Shown: positions 1 to 9,044 of the stretch, one piece after another | Numbering within the stretch: the stretch's first letter is position 1 | How the letters are laid out: each line of letters starts with the position of its first letter | Assembly: GCA_965216545.1 (NCBI GenBank) | Contig: OZ244172.1 | Coordinates: forward strand, 4,841,997-4,905,996 | Length of the DNA stretch: 64,000 bases | Direction of reading: 5' to 3' | Source of the DNA: Bryobacterales bacterium | Lineage (GTDB): Bacteria > Acidobacteriota > Terriglobia > Bryobacterales > UBA6623 | The notes under the pieces: model-generated | The model's database searches: none | What the model was told of the DNA's origin: nothing | What the model saw: the letters and a program-made list of their open reading frames with translations, nothing else | Position numbers and translations under genes: made by a program

Positions 1-1057
1 CTTCCTTGCCCACGCCCAACGTACCGAGCTCTGGGAACTTGCCGATCGCCTTCGCGGGCGCTACCGTGGAGCGCCGGATCGCTTCAGGCAAGTCCATTCC
101 CAGCGACATCATTTTGGTGATGCAGTTCGCCATGTCGGACTTCGGGCCCATGATGCTCGCTTGGTGCAGATCCGTTGAGATCGTGTCCGGGTAGAAGCCA
201 TCCTCGGCAGCCTTGGTCGCCACGGGCCACATGAAGCTGCCGCCGCCGTGGCCCAGATCGAACAGTACGCCACGCTGGCGGGCCTCCCGCACGTAGGGCT
301 GCACCTTGCCGTTGAAGCGGTCGACGATCTCGATCTGGCGGTCGTTGAAGGTATGCGTCTGCATGTCGCCTGGCCGCATCCGCTCGAGCAGGAGCTCCCG
401 AGACGTCCGGCCGGTGTTGGTGAAGATCTTGTTGTCGATAATCACCGGCTTGCCGGAGAGCTCACCGGCCTTGATGGCGTTGTCGATGGCCGCCCATCCG
501 GGCTTCGAGAAGTGCGCGGTCTTGATGCCGACGATCAGCTCCGGATGCTCGGCCATCTTGGCGGCCGTCTTCTCGGGATCCATGTCCGACACATCGCTCT
601 CGTAGGGTTCGCCGATCATGCCGTGCCCGACGATATTGATGAAGCTCAATACCCGCGTCTTCATCTTGTCGATGACGGTCTCTTTGAGCTCCTCGAACGT
701 TCGCCATCCCGCGCCGCCGCAGTCGACCACCGTCGTCGTGCCCGCGTAGAGCGCGGTGTCGTCCGGAAAGATGCTGCCCGAGTAGCCGTAGACGTGCGCA
801 TGCAGGTCAATCAGGCCGGGAGTGACGATCGCTCCCGAGGCATCCACGGCCTTCCTGGCTCTGTCCGCGGAGATGCCGGCAGCCACCTCCGCGATCTTGC
901 CTTCGGCGACTGCAATATCCATCAACGCATCGATGTCGTTGCCGGGGTCGATGACGCGGCCGCCTTTCAGGACGAGGTCGTACTCCTGCGCTGCCGCTGT
1001 GAGCGCGCACACCGCGAGCAATGAGACGAGCTTTAGCCAGAGCCTTCCGCCGTCCAC
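1..1057 (-). CDS. amidohydrolase-family metallohydrolase (dihydroorotase/deacetylase-like), secreted; 3' end lies outside the window
   Basis: Absent from the ORF track because it runs off the window edge. The reverse strand is open from 1057 to 1 and reads VDGGRLWLKLVSLLAVCALTAAAQEYDLVLKGGRVIDPGN...TPGLIDLHAHVYGY, i.e. a signal peptide plus the HxH metal motif. GTG start at 1057, with an alternative in-frame GTG at 1087. Confidence 0.75.
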   Translation of the reverse strand, partial: MDGGRLWLKLVSLLAVCALTAAAQEYDLVLKGGRVIDPGNDIDALMDIAVAEGKIAEVAAGISADRARKAVDASGAIVTPGLIDLHAHVYGYSGSIFPDDTALYAGTTTVVDCGGAGWRTFEELKETVIDKMKTRVLSFINIVGHGMIGEPYESDVSDMDPEKTAAKMAEHPELIVGIKTAHFSKPGWAAIDNAIKAGELSGKPVIIDNKIFTNTGRTSRELLLERMRPGDMQTHTFNDRQIEIVDRFNGKVQPYVREARQRGVLFDLGHGGGSFMWPVATKAAEDGFYPDTISTDLHQASIMGPKSDMANCITKMMSLGMDLPEAIRRSTVAPAKAIGKFPELGTLGVGKE

Positions 1058-1190
1058 GGAACCCGTCCTTGGAGTCTGAGCAGTCACCGATTCGATGCGG
1101 TTTTTCTTTTGAAACGTGCGTTTCGGCAAAGTCCGTCGGCCAACAGTATAGAGGAATGGGAATCTCAAGCGTGGCCTTGTCGCCTCCGGA

Positions 1191-2387
1191 TCACGCACGC
1201 TGGAAGAACGTGTTCGCCGGCGCCTTGTACCGGATCCCGAGCTCGGGCGTATCGACGCGCCGCTTCTGCGCTCGCGAGTCGAACAGGAATGCCAAGACGC
1301 CAGTGACGAGCAGCGTTCGCTCCACCGGATAGAGCGGCTTGCCGGTCACGAAGAGCTCTTCGATGCAGTGGGTCAAGCCGTCGAAGTGGGGCAGGTCGCG
1401 CGTTTCCGGCACTTGCCCGAAATGGGTCGAGACCACGCGCCCGTCGACTTCGGCGGCGAAGTCCCAGCGGTATACATAGCCGTTCAGCATGTAGGCCACC
1501 GCGTCGAGGCCATCTCGGTACTTCAATACGAACAACGCGGGGTCCTTGCAATGCGTCTCCATCGTCCCCGCCGGCAGGTGTGGGTTCCGGGCCAGCGCCG
1601 CCTCGAGCAACGGTTTCGACCATGCGCCCGGCCCGTCTCGCCAGCGCCACACGGCGTCGCCTTCGAGCAGTTCCACCGATTCCACGCCAGACTCCCCGCC
1701 AGCCCGGCGTTCGACCATGCACTGCATCGCCTCTAGCGTGTGGAAACCGTAAGCGTCCAATGGACCATAGCCGACTTGTACCGCACGCCGAATGGCGGCG
1801 CCAGGGCGAATCTCGAGCTCCGGGGTCCGTACCGTGACAGGGATCGACGACCCGGCCATGAAAGGAAACTCGAGCTCGACGGACCAGTCGTACATCTGCT
1901 TGGCCTTCTCCCAGGAGTACGAGAGGTGCTTGTCGTTGAACAGCGGCAGACCGCGTCCGCTCTTGCGAAAGACGCTGACGATCTCCGAGAACAGCCGATG
2001 GCGCGGATAAAGCTTCTGCCCGCGGTCGTTGGTCGGGTACTCGCCATGCTCGCCAATCAGCAGCACGGCATCCACGGCCAGATCGTTCCCGCCCAGCGTC
2101 AACGCCTCTTCGATCGTCGGGCAGATCGTGTAGCGGTACCGCGAAGCCAGCCCCCGGCTCATGTCCGACTCCGGGACCTGATCCGTGTACATCGAGACGA
2201 TGCGGGTGCGGGGCTCCTGGCGCTTCCCGTTCGGATAGTACCCGTCGAAAATGCGCGTGCAGATCACGTCTGCGTGGGAGCGATGGCGAAACTCCGTGAT
2301 GATCGCCGCCACCCTGGGCTTGGGCTCCTGAGCTGGAAGAAGCGCTCCGCCGAGCCCCAGTAAGAAGCCTCGCCGCGTGATTCGCAT
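1191..2387 (-). CDS. conserved hypothetical exported protein (twin-arginine signal)
   Basis: ORF 1191..2486. The internal ATG at 2387 gives MRITRRGFLLGLGGALLPAQ, a Tat-like signal. Amino-acid composition is balanced over 398 aa. No family recognised. Confidence 0.65.
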   Translation of the reverse strand: MRITRRGFLLGLGGALLPAQEPKPRVAAIITEFRHRSHADVICTRIFDGYYPNGKRQEPRTRIVSMYTDQVPESDMSRGLASRYRYTICPTIEEALTLGGNDLAVDAVLLIGEHGEYPTNDRGQKLYPRHRLFSEIVSVFRKSGRGLPLFNDKHLSYSWEKAKQMYDWSVELEFPFMAGSSIPVTVRTPELEIRPGAAIRRAVQVGYGPLDAYGFHTLEAMQCMVERRAGGESGVESVELLEGDAVWRWRDGPGAWSKPLLEAALARNPHLPAGTMETHCKDPALFVLKYRDGLDAVAYMLNGYVYRWDFAAEVDGRVVSTHFGQVPETRDLPHFDGLTHCIEELFVTGKPLYPVERTLLVTGVLAFLFDSRAQKRRVDTPELGIRYKAPANTFFQRA

Positions 2388-2696
2388 CGGGTGATCCTCG
2401 CTCGGATCGGAAATGCCATCCGGTCCGGCTACATTATTCCAGCAAAGCGAGTCCCGCGCCAAGCCCGTCGCTGCTCCTCTGCGCAAAAATTGGCGGACTC
2501 CGGACGAAGCGCCGCCAGCTCAGCTGCGAGTGAGCTAAGATCTGGACGCAGCAAGGAGGCCGACCACCATGAGCCGCTGGAACCGCAACCTTAACCATCC
2601 CAGAGAGTACTGCGTCGATCAGCCCACACGGGCCTTTGATCACGACGACCGGCTGTAGCGCCGATTGATTGAAAGTGCTCCCATTGTCCGCAGGCG

Positions 2697-3671
2697 ATGG
2701 CTTCTCAACCTTGGGAAAAGGGCGGTAGCGTGACCATGGTAAAGAATCAGTTGGGAGTACGTGACGCTATGGCTTCTCGTTCGAACAGTTCGGCTCAGAA
2801 TGCCGAAGTTGAATCTGCCGTAAATGAGCTGATGTTCATCCATCCGGAGGGAGATACCGCTTATGTTCAGGTTCTCCGAGTCTCCGAACTTCGGAAGCGT
2901 AAGATGCCCTTCTCAATCTATGACCCTGCCCGCCATGAATTCCATACGATCCAAGTCATCACTCGAGGCACTGGCTATCATTGGGTCGATTTCGAGCGCC
3001 TCAAGGTCGGTCGCGGAGACATTCTTTACACCCGACCTGGGCAGGTGCGAACGTTCGATCGGGCATCGCGGCATGAGGCTCTGTACCTGTTGTTTCGCTC
3101 CGAGGCGCTCCACACTCCGGAACTGCTTCAGCAGGTCGATCCCGGGCGACAACCAACCATTCGCCTCACAGCACCCGACTTCGAGTTGATTTCAAACTTG
3201 GTGATGTCCCTCAAGTCCCTGGAGAGGCGCCGGCCATCGTTCGACGTACATCAACTGAGCCCGTGGATCCTGGGGGCGATCGTGGCAGCGGTCGGTGAAA
3301 TCGCAAAGGCCCAGCACGGACAGAGAAGTTCTTCGCCATCTCACTATATGGAACTTGTCCACAAATTCGAAATGGTTCTCGAAAAACAATTCACTTCCCA
3401 GCGGATCATCTCCTGGTATGCCGACGAGCTATCTGTCACCGGTCGCAATCTTGCCCGCGCATGCACGGCCGTTCGCAACCGAACACCAAAACAGTTGCTG
3501 AATACTCGCGTGACCGTCGAGGCAAAGCGCCAGTTGATCATGTCTCGAGATTCAGTTGAACGAATCGCGGCAAATCTTGGATTCACTGAGTCAACAAACT
3601 TCGTGAAGTTCTTCCGCAAGAACTCTGGACAAACGCCAAACGAGTTTCGCCGCCGAATAACCCTGGGTTGA
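2697..3671 (+). CDS. AraC-family transcriptional regulator
   Basis: C-terminal dual HTH: ISWYADELSVTGRNLARACTAVRNRTPKQLLNTRVTVEAKRQL...IAANLGFTESTNFVKFFRKNSGQTPNEFRRR. The true start may be a downstream in-frame Met. G+C is low relative to the flanks. Confidence 0.85.
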   Translation: MASQPWEKGGSVTMVKNQLGVRDAMASRSNSSAQNAEVESAVNELMFIHPEGDTAYVQVLRVSELRKRKMPFSIYDPARHEFHTIQVITRGTGYHWVDFERLKVGRGDILYTRPGQVRTFDRASRHEALYLLFRSEALHTPELLQQVDPGRQPTIRLTAPDFELISNLVMSLKSLERRRPSFDVHQLSPWILGAIVAAVGEIAKAQHGQRSSSPSHYMELVHKFEMVLEKQFTSQRIISWYADELSVTGRNLARACTAVRNRTPKQLLNTRVTVEAKRQLIMSRDSVERIAANLGFTESTNFVKFFRKNSGQTPNEFRRRITLG

Positions 3672-3769
3672 TCGATAGTTAGGTGACGCCTCCCAGTCTG
3701 TCCGATATTGACCACTGATTGTCCGTTCGGAACCTTGAGCGGACTAGCCAAACATGCGACCCTTACGGG

Positions 3770-4597
3770 ATGAATGACCTAAACCTCTCAATCTACAACG
3801 GCGTCGAAGCAAGTGTGAACTCGTATCTGTTCAGTGACAGTGACAGTGCGATTTTGGTAGACTGCCTACGGAGCAGCACAGAGGCAGGAAAATTGGCGGA
3901 ATTCGTCAGAAGCGCAGGAAGGAAACTGACCCATATTCTGATTACGCACGGACATGCCGATCACTACATCGGTGCGGGCGTTCTGCGAACGGAGTTCCCG
4001 GACGCCCGAATGGTGGTGACGCGGCAGGAGATTAAAGATGACATCATCAAGTTTTCCAAATTCATGGAAGGTATCGGCTGGCTGGATAGCGAGCCAGCGA
4101 TGAAGCCGGCGACGGAAGAAAACCCGGAGGGGTTCGACTACGAAAACAACATCGCGGTGCTGGACTCAAGGGAAATGCCCCTGAAGGGCGGAGCGACGCT
4201 CGAACTCAACAGCGACTTCGATAGTGCGGAGTGCGATCACTTGACCACGATCTACAGCAAGGACTTGAATGCATTCTTTTCTGGCGACTTCTGTTACAAC
4301 GGTGTACACCCTTGGCTGGCGATCGACAGGAAAAGCATGGCCAACTGGAAGGACCAGCTAGACAAGTTCTCGTCCCAGCTGAACTCTGCGAATCCGACCG
4401 TCTACCCAGGGCATGGAAGGCCGTCGGACATCTTCCTGTTTGGTGAGGTGAAGAAGTACATCGAAGACTTTGAGGACACGATCGGCAGCTCAAAGACCAG
4501 AGGTGAAGCGATGGATAAGATGAAAGCGATCTATCCCGAATTCAAACAGGCAGACTTCTTACTTCTGAACTCTGTCAATGCGGCGATTGAAGAGTAG
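3770..4597 (+). CDS. MBL-fold metallo-hydrolase
   Basis: HILITHGHADHYIGAG is the HxHxDH motif. ORF 3719..4597, with the likely start at MNDLNLSIYNG (3770). Confidence 0.85.
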   Translation: MNDLNLSIYNGVEASVNSYLFSDSDSAILVDCLRSSTEAGKLAEFVRSAGRKLTHILITHGHADHYIGAGVLRTEFPDARMVVTRQEIKDDIIKFSKFMEGIGWLDSEPAMKPATEENPEGFDYENNIAVLDSREMPLKGGATLELNSDFDSAECDHLTTIYSKDLNAFFSGDFCYNGVHPWLAIDRKSMANWKDQLDKFSSQLNSANPTVYPGHGRPSDIFLFGEVKKYIEDFEDTIGSSKTRGEAMDKMKAIYPEFKQADFLLLNSVNAAIEE

Positions 4598-4742
4598 GGT
4601 TTTTGGCGATGGCCGATGGATCCAAGCGGCTCCCAGGTTTCCGCCAGCCGCTCGCCTTTTGGACTCAACGTGGATGCCTACCCCGCAGCTGAGAATACAC
4701 TAGTGTACCGGCCGTCGAGGATGTCATTTAGGTTCATCGGCG

Positions 4743-5191
4743 ATGAGACGTTTGCTCGCCATGACGGTGCTCTTTATGCTGGTGAGAGTGGCGCCTGCGG
4801 CCGTGAAGAGGATCATCTGTCCGCCGGGCTTTCGACCCAACATGCTGCTCGGGCCAGAGGTCCAGGTCGACGACACGCTCTACTGCGCCGGACAGACCGG
4901 ATCCGACTTGAAGACCGGAGAACACCCAGGAGACTTCGAGGAAGAAGTCCGACAGGCGTTCCGCCGCTTCGGGAACATACTCCGGGCCGCGGACTCCGAC
5001 GCCGTGGATGTCACGGTCTATCTGGCCGACATATCGCTCTTCCCAGAGATAAGCTTCGTCTACAGCCAGTATACTTCAAGAAGGATCGCCCAGCTTGGAC
5101 CGTCGCCGTCGCCGGCCTCGTCGGCAAGGCGCCTTTCGAAATCACTGTCACGGCGCGAATGAGCGGACGCCTGGGGGCCAAGGCGTGCTGA
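4743..5191 (+). pseudogene. RidA/YjgF (endoribonuclease L-PSP) family gene with a frameshift
   Basis: The frame of ORF 4743..5162 carries the RidA N-terminal and central part (VQVDDTLYCAGQTGSDLKTGE...VDVTVYLADISLFPEISFVYSQY). The conserved C-terminus (YFKKDRPAWTVAVAGLVGKAPFEITVTARM) is in the frame of ORF 4616..5191. The switch is near 5070-5080, at cagtatacttc. Confidence 0.6.
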
Positions 5192-5212
5192 GCGGGAAGC
5201 GAGGGACCCAGT

Positions 5213-7063
5213 ATGCTTCGATTCTCTGCAGTTCTTTTCGTCGCGGCGCTGGCCGTTCGCGCCCAGGTCCCGTCGATCTCTGTCGACACCCCCATGCCTC
5301 CGCCGGAATGGGCGCTACTCGAGCGAGCCTTGCTCGACGCCAATTCTCGTGCGGTCGAGGAGTTCGCCGGCCAGTACATGGACGCGCGCGGCTACTTGCG
5401 CCACACCATGCGCTGGGGCACTCTCGACGGCCCCGACGATGCCATCGAGACCTACTACAACTGGACCTTGCTGCACGCCCTTGGGGGCTCCGACCGCGTC
5501 CTCGAGCTCTACCGCAAAGGCCTCGAGGGCCACCTCGCCCAATACGGCGAGCTAAGGACCACGCTGACCAAGCTCGCGGAGAACGGCGCCTACGAGCGAG
5601 AGTTCATCACGCAGTCCGATTGGTTCCACACCGGCGAAGGTATGCGCGGCTTTTTGCTCTACGGTCTCTCGCACCCTCACGACCCGGTTTTCGTCGACCG
5701 CATGACGCGCTTCGCGGGGATGTACATGGGCCGTGACCCGCTCTCGCCCAACTATGACCCCGAGAAGAAACTCATCAAGAGCATCTGGACGGGCAGCCAG
5801 GGGCCGATGCTCCACAAGGCCACGACCTACGATTGGGTGGGAGACCCTGTCCCCGGCACGTTCCACATTCTGCACAGCCCCGACGGACGCGGCGGCATGC
5901 TCGACCTCGAAGAGTGGTACCCGCGCATGCTGGCGCATTGCGAGGAGTACCTCGACTCGGTCGGCGACAACCCGCTCAATATGGGCGCCACGCTACTGGG
6001 TCTCAACGCTTTCGCTCTGACCGGCGAGTCCGAGTACCGCGACTGGGTCGTCGAATACATCGACGCTTGGCGCGAACGCACAGCCAAGACCGGCGGCATG
6101 ATCCCCAGCAACGTTGGCCTCGACGGCGAGCCCGGCGGCGAGTATGGCGGCCAGTGGTGGAAGGGAACCTACGGCTGGAACTTCACCATCTTCGACGGCG
6201 AGATCCGCCAGATCGGCCACCGCAACACCGTCACCGCCGGCGCCTGGCCGGGGTTCTCCAACGCTTACTTACTCACAGGCGACACCAAGTACATCGACGT
6301 CCTGCGCAAGCAGCTCGACCTGCTCTACGAGCACAAGCGTGTCGAGGACGGCCGAACTCTGCTGCCGCAGATGTACGGCGACCCGCGCGGCTACAAGCAT
6401 GACGGCGAGCCGGAGTTCTATCGCTACACGCCGAACCTCTACACCGACCTGCTAACGAAGGTCTACCTGTGGTCGATGGACCGCCGCGACCTCGAACGCA
6501 TCCCGGCCGAAGAGGGCTGGATCGCCTTCCTCGAAGGCAAGGACCCCGGTCATCCCGAGCGGGCGCTCCGCCGCGATCTCGAGGTTGTACGTTCAAACGC
6601 CCAGCAAATGCGCCGGGATCCCACCAGCCCCGACACCCGCCTGGCGGACTGGCTACTCGGCATGGTCCCCCCGCAGACCGACAATCTGACCGAGTTGATG
6701 ACCGGCGGCTACCTGCGCGGCGGCAAGCTGTGGGCGCTGCACGCCCGCCTGCGCTACTTCGACCCCGTGCGGCGGCGGGCGGGTGTTCCGCCGGATGTCG
6801 GCGCCCTCGTCGAGAGGCTCACTGCCGACTCTGTCACTTTCACCCTTGTCAATCTCGACCCCGTCGAGGCGCGCGAAGTGGTCGTGCAGGCCGGCGCTTA
6901 CGCTGAGCATCAGCTCACAGGGGTGTCGCAGAATGGCAGGGCTGCAGACCTCGATGCTGACGCTGTGACCGTGCGCCTAGCGCCCGGGGCCGGCTCTACG
7001 CTCACCCTGACCATGAAGCGCTACGCCAATCCTCCGACGCTCAGCCAACCGTGGAGCAGGTGA
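5213..7063 (+). CDS. secreted hypothetical protein (616 aa)
   Basis: Signal peptide MLRFSAVLFVAALAVRAQV. Long ORF with balanced composition, rich in W, Y and D. No family recognised by eye. Confidence 0.7.
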   Translation: MLRFSAVLFVAALAVRAQVPSISVDTPMPPPEWALLERALLDANSRAVEEFAGQYMDARGYLRHTMRWGTLDGPDDAIETYYNWTLLHALGGSDRVLELYRKGLEGHLAQYGELRTTLTKLAENGAYEREFITQSDWFHTGEGMRGFLLYGLSHPHDPVFVDRMTRFAGMYMGRDPLSPNYDPEKKLIKSIWTGSQGPMLHKATTYDWVGDPVPGTFHILHSPDGRGGMLDLEEWYPRMLAHCEEYLDSVGDNPLNMGATLLGLNAFALTGESEYRDWVVEYIDAWRERTAKTGGMIPSNVGLDGEPGGEYGGQWWKGTYGWNFTIFDGEIRQIGHRNTVTAGAWPGFSNAYLLTGDTKYIDVLRKQLDLLYEHKRVEDGRTLLPQMYGDPRGYKHDGEPEFYRYTPNLYTDLLTKVYLWSMDRRDLERIPAEEGWIAFLEGKDPGHPERALRRDLEVVRSNAQQMRRDPTSPDTRLADWLLGMVPPQTDNLTELMTGGYLRGGKLWALHARLRYFDPVRRRAGVPPDVGALVERLTADSVTFTLVNLDPVEAREVVVQAGAYAEHQLTGVSQNGRAADLDADAVTVRLAPGAGSTLTLTMKRYANPPTLSQPWSR

Positions 7064-7066
7064 CCC

Positions 7067-7912
7067 GTGCAAGTCTTCGACGACGCCATCACACGCCGCC
7101 GCTGGACGCGGCTTGCCGCTGGAGCGGCGCTCGCGGCCTGCACCCCCGCCCCTCAGGAGGCATCCCCCTTGATCGATAACCCACAAGGCGACTTTCAGTT
7201 TCTCCAGGGCAGCGGCCCGTACTCCTCCGGCGCGGTGGCATCGCCAGGTTTTGAGATCGTCCACGCCGTTTTCAACCCGCTTCCGGAGCTTTGGCAAGCC
7301 TTCGACATGATCGAGGCGCACCTCGAAGCCGCCGGCCGCCCGCTCGACGCGCTGTGCGGCATGGAGCTTCGAATCCCCAAGGCGCTCTCGGTCGAGGGCT
7401 TCAACTCCTTCAACGAGCCCTACATGGACCGGCTCGAGGAGTGGGGCGCGCACGTCGACGGCATGAACCCCGTCGCCCGCACGAACGTCGCCCTCGAAGT
7501 CGCCCCCGTCGCCGAGCCATCCGTCTACGGCTTCTGCTCCACCGTGCCGTCAGACACCACAAGCAAGACCTTCGTGATCGCCGGCGCCGGTGAGCTTCAA
7601 GGCTCCGGCCTCAACAACATCGTCAGCCAAGGCGACGTAAGTGAAGCCGGGCTGCGCGCCAAAGCCGATCGTGTTCTTGCCATCATGACGGAGCGCCTCG
7701 AAGGCATGGGGCTCGCCTGGACCGACGTCACGCAGTCGAACATCTACACCGTCCACGATATCCATCCGCTGATGGCGCCCACGATCCTGCCGGCGCTCGG
7801 GGACGCGAATCGGCACGGCGTTCGCTGGCACTACGCGCGGCCGCCGGTTCTTGAGATCGAGTTCGAGATGGACATGCGCGGCGTGCGGCGGGAGATCGTC
7901 CTCAGCGGTTAG
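7067..7912 (+). CDS. YjgF/RidA-fold protein (CnbZ/FkbO-like), tentative
   Basis: GTG start 4 nt after the upstream stop. The C-terminal part (NIYTVHDIHPLM...VLEIEFEMDMRG) resembles a RidA-like fold. The assignment is tentative. Confidence 0.55.
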   Translation: MQVFDDAITRRRWTRLAAGAALAACTPAPQEASPLIDNPQGDFQFLQGSGPYSSGAVASPGFEIVHAVFNPLPELWQAFDMIEAHLEAAGRPLDALCGMELRIPKALSVEGFNSFNEPYMDRLEEWGAHVDGMNPVARTNVALEVAPVAEPSVYGFCSTVPSDTTSKTFVIAGAGELQGSGLNNIVSQGDVSEAGLRAKADRVLAIMTERLEGMGLAWTDVTQSNIYTVHDIHPLMAPTILPALGDANRHGVRWHYARPPVLEIEFEMDMRGVRREIVLSG

Positions 7913-7938
7913 GGCTGGCCGGGACCCGGAGCCGGCAT

Positions 7939-8913
7939 CTACCATGGCTCGGGACGTCGCGTCAGCCGTCTGCCGCGTTCGGCCGCCTCCCGGCTGCGCG
8001 TCGCCCCGATGCGCATCCCTTCGCCGAGACGTTCCTCGATGTTCTCGAGCGTCGCCACGTCGAGGAAGGCGATGCCGGCCGCCTTGGTTGCGGCGAGCAC
8101 GCGCTGGCGCGCCTGCTCGACTACGGGCTCGTAGGGCGGGTCGTGAATCTCCGGAAATCCGAGGGAGAGCCCCATATCGCCTGGGCCCCATTCCGCATAG
8201 CCGACTCCAGGCACGGCCGCCGATTCCTCGGAATTCTCGAGCGCGTACCTGTCCTCGATCTTCAATCCGATCATGATCTCGCCCTCGGGGTTGAGTGGCC
8301 ACACGTCGGCCCGGCGCATGTATTCCCGCGGCGAGAGGCCCCAAATCTGTGCGGCGTTCCCCTGGCCGCCGTTGCCCCGCAATCCTTCTTCGAGCGGTCC
8401 GTCGTCGACCCCTTGGCGATGGTGCGGATAGCGGGCGAGCCGCACGAATTCCCGCACCGCCGCGGGGTCTCGGGCGTGGCAAAGAGTCACACCGTGAACG
8501 CCCGAGGCCAGGATCTGCTGGATGACCCAATGGTTGGCGCGCACCGTGGCGACGTCGAGACCGCTGAACGGCACGACCACCTGCACCGAGGGTGTGCGGT
8601 GTCCGCTTGGCGTTGGTCCTCCCTGCACGAGCCCGGCCATGAGCTCGCGTAGCTCGGTCACGTCGTAGGCGCCGAACTCCATCTCGTAGATGATTAGGTC
8701 GGCCCACGTCTGCGCCAGCCGAAGACCCTCCTTGAATCCCCCTTGGCTCCCGCCGCGGCCCTCGGTGAAGTAGTAGATTGGCTGGTCCTTGCTGAGCAGC
8801 TCGATTGCTTTGTTGATGCGCCGCGGCTGCGGCGCCGCGGTATCAGCCGCCGGGAGCAGTACTGCGGCAATGGCGAAGCACGCCATCCAAGAGCGTAGAG
8901 TCAAACAAGACAT
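7939..8913 (-). CDS. HpcH/HpaI aldolase/citrate-lyase family protein, exported
   Basis: ORF 7939..9045. The ATG at 8913 gives MSCLTLRSWMACFAIAAVLLPAAD, a signal peptide. The body (VVPFSGLD...GVHGVTLCHARD...IGLKIEDRYALEN...EWGPGDMGLSLG) resembles an HpcH-like TIM barrel. Confidence 0.7.
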   Translation of the reverse strand: MSCLTLRSWMACFAIAAVLLPAADTAAPQPRRINKAIELLSKDQPIYYFTEGRGGSQGGFKEGLRLAQTWADLIIYEMEFGAYDVTELRELMAGLVQGGPTPSGHRTPSVQVVVPFSGLDVATVRANHWVIQQILASGVHGVTLCHARDPAAVREFVRLARYPHHRQGVDDGPLEEGLRGNGGQGNAAQIWGLSPREYMRRADVWPLNPEGEIMIGLKIEDRYALENSEESAAVPGVGYAEWGPGDMGLSLGFPEIHDPPYEPVVEQARQRVLAATKAAGIAFLDVATLENIEERLGEGMRIGATRSREAAERGRRLTRRPEPW

Positions 8914-9044
8914 CGCGAACCTCAGATACTCGTTTCGCTGTTTTCGCGTCGCTACGGCCACTCGGCGTTCGCGCGCCTGTATCATAGGTCTGGCTCCGCC
9001 GTGGGAGCCAAACGGATTCGAACCCATCTTAGAGGAGAATCGCA

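Noticed and set aside
248-1024. Long plus-strand ORF (258 aa) and several other long ORFs lying opposite recognisable genes. Examples: 7550..8707 (-), 10317..11240 (-), 20384..21721 (-), 40190..41278 (+), 45916..47550 (+), 48236..49471 (+), 54820..56307 (+), 56327..57355 (-), 59048..60100 (-), 61106..63316 (-).
   Set aside because: These are typical high-G+C shadow ORFs. They have Arg/Ala/Gly/Pro-rich low-complexity translations and no motifs. Each lies antisense to an ORF with clear family signatures such as amidohydrolase, aldolase, oxidoreductase, PQQ dehydrogenase, MacA, recA, AKR or M14.
4616-5191. ORF 4616..5191 (191 aa) as a genuine gene.
   Set aside because: Only its last ~40 codons are protein-like, forming the RidA C-terminus. 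The rest is an Arg/Gly-rich alternative frame of the RidA gene and upstream spacer.
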